In this document: one piece after another, positions 1 to 4,146 of the stretch
How positions within the stretch are numbered: position 1 is the first letter of the stretch
How the letters are laid out: every line of letters begins with the position of its first letter
IMG/VR virus record: IMGVR_UViG_3300045988_008543
Location: 1-5,345 of that record
From: a virus
Strand: one strand, 5' to 3'
DNA length: 5,345 bases
Notes under the pieces: model-generated
What the model was told of the DNA's origin: nothing
Database searches by the model: none
What the model saw: only the letters and a program-made list of their open reading frames with translations
Made by a program: the position numbers and the translations under genes

Positions 1-141
1 AAGAAAATTAACATAGCTCCAAAAATTTTCCGTGGAGGTATCCGGCTGTGACCCGTGATGATGCTATTTCGGTTTTCGTGGTCTTTCCCCTGATGTTCAG
101 GATTACATTATTTCCCTATTACGTTTGATTGTGTCCGAATC
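1..141. repeat. Terminal redundancy of a circular genome (identical to 5205..5345; unit length 5,204 nt)
   Basis: Base-by-base comparison: aagaaaattaacatagctcc...gattgtgtccgaatc occurs at 1..141 and again at 5205..5345 (offset 5204). Positions 1..51 are the last 16 codons plus TGA of the small basic protein gene that starts at 5148. Confidence 0.95.
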
Positions 142-147
142 GGACAC
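131..147 (+). promoter_or_regulatory. Perfect 17-nt palindrome / hairpin (GTGTCCGAaTCGGACAC) directly upstream of the VP5-like SD
   Basis: gtgtccga-a-tcggacac reads the same on both strands. As a hairpin it gives a 7-bp stem with a 3-nt loop. It ends 1 nt before AAAGGAG (149-155), the SD for the ATG at 164. Confidence 0.6.
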
Positions 148-163
148 GAAAGGAGAATAAGAA

Positions 164-415
164 ATGATTACCGGTATCTATGCTATCAAGGACGCCAAGT
201 CTACGTTCATGCCCTGCACCGTCGATGTAAATGATGCTACCGCTGTTCGTAACTTTGAACATGCTGTCAGACAGCCTGATTCCCTGCTTGCTTCGCATCC
301 CAACGATTTCGCTTTGTATAAGCTCGCTACCTATGATAACGTCGGCGGCTATATTGAGCCGCTTAACCCCCCTCGCCAGCTTTGCGACGCCGCCCAGTGT
401 CTTGTGAAGGAGTGA
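164..415 (+). CDS. VP5: Gokushovirus VP5 / ORF5-like small non-structural protein (83 aa)
   Basis: ATG 164 lies 8 nt after AAAGGAG (149-155); TGA stop at 413-415. The pattern IYAIKD.K..F..P.......A.R.F...V......L..HP.DF.LY.L..YD...G matches my recollection of the VP5-like family, as does the position just upstream of VP3. Family recognition is from memory only. Confidence 0.75.
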   Translation: MITGIYAIKDAKSTFMPCTVDVNDATAVRNFEHAVRQPDSLLASHPNDFALYKLATYDNVGGYIEPLNPPRQLCDAAQCLVKE

Positions 416-419
416 CAAT

Positions 420-893
420 ATGGAATTTAAAACGCAGTATGACGCTCGTGACCGTGTCTTTACTGACCCCGGTTCTCCTGAGCATATCACCTATGCCGGC
501 CACTATGACGAAAAGGGCCGTGTAGTCCTCGAAGAATCTGGCCGTGAAAACCTGTATGATTATATCCAGTCTTATGCCGAAAGCTGTGATATCCACGTTC
601 TCATGAAGCGTTACGCCAATGGCGATGTAGACGCTTTGTCTCAGAAGCAAGGTTTCTATGGTGATTTCCTCGACTTCCCGAAGACCTATGCCGAAGCCCT
701 CAACCACATGAATGAAATGGAACGTCAGTTCATGGCTCTGCCTGTGGAAACTCGTGAGAAGTTCGGCAACAGCTTTACTGAGTTTCTTGCCGCTTCTGGT
801 GAAGCTGATTTCCTCGACAAGCTCGGTATTAAGGCCGTAGAGCCTAAAGAAGTTACACCCGCTATTACGGTAAAGGAGGAAGTTAAAGAATGA
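420..893 (+). CDS. VP3: Internal scaffolding protein VP3 (157 aa)
   Basis: ATG 420 lies 7 nt after GAAGGAG (406-412), which sits inside the VP5 3' end. The stop overlaps the VP1 start (ATGA at 890-893). Size, acidic composition, and position immediately upstream of and overlapping VP1 are typical of gokushovirus VP3. Confidence 0.8.
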   Translation: MEFKTQYDARDRVFTDPGSPEHITYAGHYDEKGRVVLEESGRENLYDYIQSYAESCDIHVLMKRYANGDVDALSQKQGFYGDFLDFPKTYAEALNHMNEMERQFMALPVETREKFGNSFTEFLAASGEADFLDKLGIKAVEPKEVTPAITVKEEVKE

Positions 894-2572
894 ATAGAAA
901 CACCGAATCCCATTTCAGTTTGTCTCCCCATGTAGACATCTCCCGCTCTCGCTTTGACCGCTCCGCCAGCCTGAAGACCTCGTTTAATGCCGGTGACGTA
1001 GTCCCTTTTTTCCTCGAAGAAGTGTTGCCCGGCGATACTTTCAGCGTAGATACATCCAAGGTTGTCCGTATGCAGACTTTGCTCACCCCTATGATGGACA
1101 ACGTGTATCTGGATACCTACTATTTCTTTGTCCCCAACCGGCTTGTTTGGGATCACTGGAAGGAGTTCTGTGGTGAAAATACGGAGAGTGCATGGATTCC
1201 GCAAACTGAATATACTATGCCCCAGATTACAAGCCCAGCTGGTCAAGGATGGAGTGTTGGAACTCTTGCTGACTATTTCGGCATCCCAACTGGCGTTGCT
1301 GGTCTCTCTGTATCTGCTCTTCCCTTCCGTGCTTATGCCCTGATTATTAATGAGTGGTTCAGAGATCAAAACCTCCAAGATCCTCTTGTTGTTCCCACGG
1401 ATGATAGTACCGTGGCCGGTGTTAACTCTGGGACATTCGTGACAGATGTGGCCAAGGGCGGTAAGCCCTTTATCGCCGCCAAGTATCATGATTATTTCAC
1501 TTCTGCTCTCCCCGCTCCGCAGAAAGGCCCGGATGTAACTATTCCTGTTGCTCAAGCTGGAAGTTATCCTGTCATCCCTAAATCTACTTTGGTACCCGAT
1601 TCTTTGCTTGATGGCACTTTGTATAAGGCAAAGATTTTTCAGGCTGAAGTTAATTCAGGTGGTTCTAATACAGGTCTTGGTTTTCAAGTTTCTTCTGATT
1701 CTTCGTCTGGTGATCAGGTTGCTGGTTCTTTTCCCGCTCCTGGTAATCGACTTGGTTCTATTCCTGTTATTAGTAACCTTTGGGCCGTTGCTGACGGTAA
1801 TGCCGCCGCCGCTACCATTAACCAGCTTCGTCTCGCTTTCCAGATTCAGAAGTTCTATGAACGTCAGGCCCGCGGCGGTTCTCGCTATACGGAAGTTGTC
1901 CGCTCTTTCTTCGGTGTAACGTCCCCGGATGCTCGCTTACAGCGTCCCGAATATCTCGGCGGTAACAGAGTTCCTATCAACATCAATCAGATTGTACAGC
2001 AGTCCGGCACGGAATCTTCCGGCACGCCGCAAGGTACCGTTGTTGGTCAGTCTCTTACCACCGACAAACATTCTGACTTTACCAAGTCTTTTACAGAGCA
2101 TGGCTTGATCATCGGCGTTATGGTTGCTCGTTATGACCATACCTATCAGCAGGGCCTTAATCGGCTCTGGTCTCGCAAGGATAAGTTTGATTTCTATTGG
2201 CCCGTTTTCGCTAACATTGGCGAACAGGCTATCAAGAACAAGGAAATCTTTGCACAAGGTACGGACAAGGATAATGAAGTCTTTGGTTATCAGGAAGCTT
2301 GGGCCGAATATCGTTACAAGCCTAATATGGTGACCGGTGAAATGAGGTCTGCTTATGCTCAGTCTTTGGACGTTTGGCATTTGGCTGATGATTACAGCAC
2401 CCTTCCTTCTTTATCTGATTCGTGGATCAGAGAGGACAAGGCAAACATTGATCGTGTTTTGGCTGTCACATCTGCTGTTAGTAATCAGTTTTTTGCTGAC
2501 ATCTACGTGAAGAACTATTGTACCCGGCCCATGCCCATGTACAGCGTCCCCGGTCTGATTGATCATCATTGA
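890..2572 (+). CDS. VP1: Major capsid protein VP1 (phage F-type capsid, 560 aa)
   Basis: Longest ORF. SD AAAGGAGG at 872-879. Conserved Microviridae capsid blocks are recognisable: RSRFDRS..LKTSFNAGDVVPFF.EEVLPGDTF, YLDTYYFFVPNRLVW, ALPFRAY.LI.NEWFRDQNL, INQLRLAFQIQKFYERQARGGSRYTE, RPEYLGG. It also has the long gokushovirus-type insertion loop (about 1550-1800). Confidence 0.97.
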   Translation: MNRNTESHFSLSPHVDISRSRFDRSASLKTSFNAGDVVPFFLEEVLPGDTFSVDTSKVVRMQTLLTPMMDNVYLDTYYFFVPNRLVWDHWKEFCGENTESAWIPQTEYTMPQITSPAGQGWSVGTLADYFGIPTGVAGLSVSALPFRAYALIINEWFRDQNLQDPLVVPTDDSTVAGVNSGTFVTDVAKGGKPFIAAKYHDYFTSALPAPQKGPDVTIPVAQAGSYPVIPKSTLVPDSLLDGTLYKAKIFQAEVNSGGSNTGLGFQVSSDSSSGDQVAGSFPAPGNRLGSIPVISNLWAVADGNAAAATINQLRLAFQIQKFYERQARGGSRYTEVVRSFFGVTSPDARLQRPEYLGGNRVPININQIVQQSGTESSGTPQGTVVGQSLTTDKHSDFTKSFTEHGLIIGVMVARYDHTYQQGLNRLWSRKDKFDFYWPVFANIGEQAIKNKEIFAQGTDKDNEVFGYQEAWAEYRYKPNMVTGEMRSAYAQSLDVWHLADDYSTLPSLSDSWIREDKANIDRVLAVTSAVSNQFFADIYVKNYCTRPMPMYSVPGLIDHH

Positions 2573-2577
2573 TTCAT

Positions 2578-2608
2578 AGAGGGGGCTTTTGCCCCCTCTT
2601 GTTTTTTC
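2578..2608 (+). terminator. Rho-independent terminator between VP1 and VP2
   Basis: AGAGGGGGC (2578-2586) / TTTT loop / GCCCCCTCT (2591-2599) form a 9-bp GC-rich perfect stem. It is followed by tgTTTTTTc (2600-2608) and begins 6 nt after the VP1 TGA. Confidence 0.85.
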
Positions 2609-2625
2609 TGAAAGGAGTTGTTATA

Positions 2626-3489
2626 ATGGCATTTGGTACCACTACTTCCGCTTACGAAATGGATGGTGTCGGAGCCGCTCCGGCTGTTAACCGTGCCGCC
2701 GATCAGATTGCTGGTCTGAAAGGTGTTGCGCAAGCTAATAGTGCTTTTAATGCAGAGCAAGCTAGAGTTCAACGTGATTGGACAGAGCAAATGACTGCTA
2801 AACAGATGCAGTTTAATTCCGCCGAAGCTGCTAAAAATCGCCAGTGGCAAGAAATGATGTCTAATACCGCCCATCAAAGAGAAGTCCGTGATCTTATGGC
2901 CGCTGGTCTTAATCCTGTTCTTTCCGCTATGAATGGTAACGGAGCCGCTGTTGGTTCTGGTGCGACCGCTTCAGCGTCCCTTGGGAGCGGCTCTAAGGCC
3001 GATGCAGACACTTCCACGAGTGGAGCCATAGCTAACTTACTCGGAAGCATCCTGAGCGCTCAGACGGCGCTACAGAGTGCGAATATCAATGCCCGTACAC
3101 AGGAAGCCGTTGCAGACAAGTACACTGCTATGGAGCATATTGTTGCTCAGATCGCCGCCGCCGCTGGTATTAAGCAAGCTGGCATTCACGCCGGTGCTAC
3201 TCGTGATGCCGCCGCTATGAGTTCTTCTGCCACTCGGTATGCCGCTGGTCAGGCTGCTTTAGCGTCTATCTTTGGTTCTTCGGTTAATTCTGCTGCTACT
3301 CGGTATTCTGCTGATCAACATTTGTCTGGTACAAAGTATGGAGCAGATAAGTCTTATGACGCTTCCAAATATTCTACGGATAAAACTTGGGATAAGAATG
3401 TTCACTTTGGCAACGGAAGTCTTATGAATCAGCTCGCTGGCAATATTGGATTGTCCCTTGGAGCTCTTTTAAATATGATTGGAGGTTAA
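2626..3489 (+). CDS. VP2: Minor capsid / DNA pilot protein VP2 (287 aa from ATG 2626)
   Basis: ATG 2626 lies 8 nt after AAAGGAG (2611-2617). The TTG at 2569 used by the ORF track lies inside the terminator hairpin and is rejected. The block SNTAHQREVRDLMAAGLNPVLS matches the conserved VP2 motif as I recall it (NTAYQR..DM.AAGLNP). The sequence is Ala/Gly/Ser-rich, and the C-terminal GNIGLSLGALLNMIGG is hydrophobic. Confidence 0.88.
   Translation: MAFGTTTSAYEMDGVGAAPAVNRAADQIAGLKGVAQANSAFNAEQARVQRDWTEQMTAKQMQFNSAEAAKNRQWQEMMSNTAHQREVRDLMAAGLNPVLSAMNGNGAAVGSGATASASLGSGSKADADTSTSGAIANLLGSILSAQTALQSANINARTQEAVADKYTAMEHIVAQIAAAAGIKQAGIHAGATRDAAAMSSSATRYAAGQAALASIFGSSVNSAATRYSADQHLSGTKYGADKSYDASKYSTDKTWDKNVHFGNGSLMNQLAGNIGLSLGALLNMIGG
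3193..3390 (+). repeat. Six in-frame 33-nt (11-codon) degenerate tandem units inside VP2
   Basis: Units start at 3193, 3226, 3259, 3292, 3325 and 3358. They read GATRDAAAMSS / SATRYAAGQAA / LASIFGSSVNS / AATRYSADQHL / SGTKYGADKSY / DASKYSTDKTW. At DNA level actcgtgatgccgccgct (3199), actcggtatgccgctggt (3232) and actcggtattctgctgat (3298) align at offsets of 33 and 66 nt. Confidence 0.7.
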
Positions 3490-3491
3490 GT

Positions 3492-3572
3492 ATGGAAAGT
3501 ATTATCATGGTTTGCTGTTTGTCCCTTGTTGCCGCCGTTACTCTGAAAATTATAAAAGAAATTTTTTCTTAA
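3492..3572 (+). CDS. 26-aa hydrophobic micro-ORF (MESIIMVCCLSLVAAVTLKIIKEIFS), putative membrane peptide
   Basis: ATG 3492 lies 6 nt after GGAGG (3481-3485) and 2 nt after the VP2 TAA. It has one uninterrupted hydrophobic stretch followed by a K/E tail, then TAA at 3570-3572. It is below the ORF-track length cutoff. Confidence 0.4.
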   Translation: MESIIMVCCLSLVAAVTLKIIKEIFS

Positions 3573-3575
3573 AAA

Positions 3576-3589
3576 GCGGCGTCAGCCGC
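3576..3589 (+). other. Hairpin 1: GCGGC-gtca-GCCGC
   Basis: 5-bp all-GC stem with a 4-nt loop, flanked by aaaaa (5') and caaaa (3'). The T-run therefore lies on the complementary strand, not the + strand. Confidence 0.6.
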
Positions 3590-3594
3590 CAAAA

Positions 3595-3624
3595 GAGACC
3601 CACGGTCTAAACGCCGTGGGTCTC
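3595..3624 (+). other. Hairpin 2: perfect 11-bp stem GAGACCCACGG / CCGTGGGTCTC, 8-nt loop
   Basis: All 11 pairs checked base by base (3595-3605 with 3624-3614). There is no U-tract downstream on the + strand. Confidence 0.85.
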
Positions 3625-3653
3625 CGACTGTACGTCCATTTACATTAGGCGTA

Positions 3654-3697
3654 CACTGGGCACAGTTAACTTCTCTTGATGTTAACTGTGCCCAGTG
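3654..3697 (+). other. Hairpin 3: perfect 17-bp stem CACTGGGCACAGTTAAC / GTTAACTGTGCCCAGTG, 10-nt loop ttctcttgat
   Basis: 3654-3670 is the exact reverse complement of 3681-3697. This is the longest inverted repeat in the genome. An alternative 6-bp stem, AGTGAC (3694-3699) / GTCACT (3707-3712), competes with its base. Confidence 0.9.
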
Positions 3698-3934
3698 ACA
3701 CCAAAGGTCACTTTGCGTGTCATAGTAGGAATTGCTTGCACTCCGGTAGAAAATAATATTAGTTCAAGATTAGACTATTAGTAGAAGACCCCCGTAGGAT
3801 ACAAGTTCCTAAAAAATAATAGATAATAAAGCCTAAAATTTAATGGTAAATTGAAATAGAAGATATATTGCTGTTTCGTGCACATTTGTGCATTTAGCCT
3901 AATGATAGGCCGAAATCTTTAGCAAATAAGCAAA

Positions 3935-3963
3935 TTGATATTTTTGTTCAATCGTACTATTAT
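3935..3963 (+). promoter_or_regulatory. Sigma-70-type promoter TTGATA-17 nt-TATTAT driving ORF52/VP4 and probably the whole genome-length operon
   Basis: TTGATA at 3935-3940, an exact 17-nt spacer, TATTAT at 3958-3963. It sits in the AT-rich intergenic island; the predicted start near 3970 is just upstream of the SD at 3972-3981. I found no comparably good promoter elsewhere. Confidence 0.6.
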
Positions 3964-3987
3964 CACCTTATAGGAGGTGATTTTTTT
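3962..3987 (+). promoter_or_regulatory. Hairpin ATCACCT-tatagg-AGGTGAT followed by a T-run; its 3' arm is the SD of ORF52
   Basis: 7-bp perfect stem (3962-3968 / 3975-3981), followed by tttttt (3982-3987) and ATG 3988. AGGAGGTGAT (3972-3981) is a 10-nt perfect complement to the canonical 16S rRNA 3' tail. Confidence 0.55.
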
Positions 3988-4146
3988 ATGCGTCCCCGTC
4001 TCGTGCGTTATTACGGCCCTGATTATGATAATTTGAAACATGGTTACGTCTATCAGGTACATTGTCTTTACTCCCATGGCTTCATGCTCATTGATGACCA
4101 CTATGAACAGGCATATGTCTATGCCGGAAATTGTGAGGTGCTATGA
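3988..4146 (+). CDS. 52-aa Tyr/His-rich hypothetical protein (MRPRLVRYYGPDYDNLKHGYVYQVHCLYSHGFMLIDDHYEQAYVYAGNCEVL)
   Basis: The ATG is preceded by a 10-nt perfect SD (AGGAGGTGAT). Base composition returns from the AT-rich island to the coding-like level. The TGA at 4144-4146 is followed immediately by the VP4 GTG start. It is below the ORF-track cutoff, and I recognise no family with confidence. Confidence 0.6.
   Translation: MRPRLVRYYGPDYDNLKHGYVYQVHCLYSHGFMLIDDHYEQAYVYAGNCEVL

Noticed and set aside
52-130. Possible promoter in the gap upstream of VP5 (for example TTACAT 103-108 or TATTAC 117-122)
   Set aside because: No -35/-10 pair with acceptable spacing (16-18 nt) and hexamer quality could be assembled. 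It is more economical to assume read-through from the 3935-3963 promoter.
119-707. Minus-strand ORFs 119..490 (123 aa) and 363..707 (114 aa)
   Set aside because: They are antisense to well-supported VP5/VP3 and have no RBS and no recognisable family features. The same reasoning applies to minus ORFs 883..1101, 1937..2380, 2566..2877 and 4615..4818.
725-1555. 276-aa ORF on the minus strand antisense to VP3/VP1
   Set aside because: Over VP1 its codons are exactly aligned with VP1 codons (1553-890 is divisible by 3). Antisense stops can then only arise from sense TTA, CTA or TCA codons, which VP1 avoids. It starts with TTG, has no SD and no recognisable motifs, and Microviridae transcribe only + sense RNA. 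It is an artefact of codon bias.
2569-2625. Upstream TTG start for VP2 as given by the ORF track (306 aa)
   Set aside because: The first 19 codons would be translated through the terminator hairpin and T-run. No SD precedes 2569, whereas ATG 2626 has AAAGGAG at 8-nt spacing.
3679-3756. 25-aa + strand ORF (MLTVPSDTKGHFACHSRNCLHSGRK) starting in the loop of hairpin 3
   Set aside because: It has no SD. The start codon spans the loop/stem junction and the following codons lie in the 3' arm of the 17-bp stem. It shows no coding-like features.
3754-3762. TAATATTAG, 8/9 to the CRESS/geminivirus nonanucleotide TAATATTAC
   Set aside because: It is not in a hairpin loop and lies in a 20-30% GC stretch where such AT 9-mers are expected by chance. 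Microviridae Reps do not use that motif.
3876-4033. dif-like XerC/XerD recombination sites (relevant because some gokushoviruses lysogenise at dif)
   Set aside because: cGTGCACATtt..TTAgccTAA (3876-3903) matches the E. coli dif arms, recalled from memory, at only about 7/11 and 6/11. GTGCG..TTATGaTAAtT (4003-4033) has the wrong arm spacing and lies inside ORF52. A difSL-like TTTTCTTaAAA at 3564-3574 lacks the left arm. No convincing site was found, but this needs a proper profile search.
3919-4101. 60-aa minus-strand ORF antisense to ORF52 and the promoter region
   Set aside because: It runs into the AT-rich island, has no SD, and has a low-complexity I/V/K/N composition typical of AT-rich noise. 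The + strand ORF52 has a perfect SD and coding-like composition.
4144-4146. TGA reassigned to a sense codon (genetic code 4 or 25), fusing ORF52 to VP4
   Set aside because: TGA also terminates VP5, VP3, VP1 and the basic protein at family-typical lengths. VP1, VP2 and VP4 contain no in-frame TGA and encode Trp with TGG. A standard code fits; only low-level read-through remains as a hypothesis.
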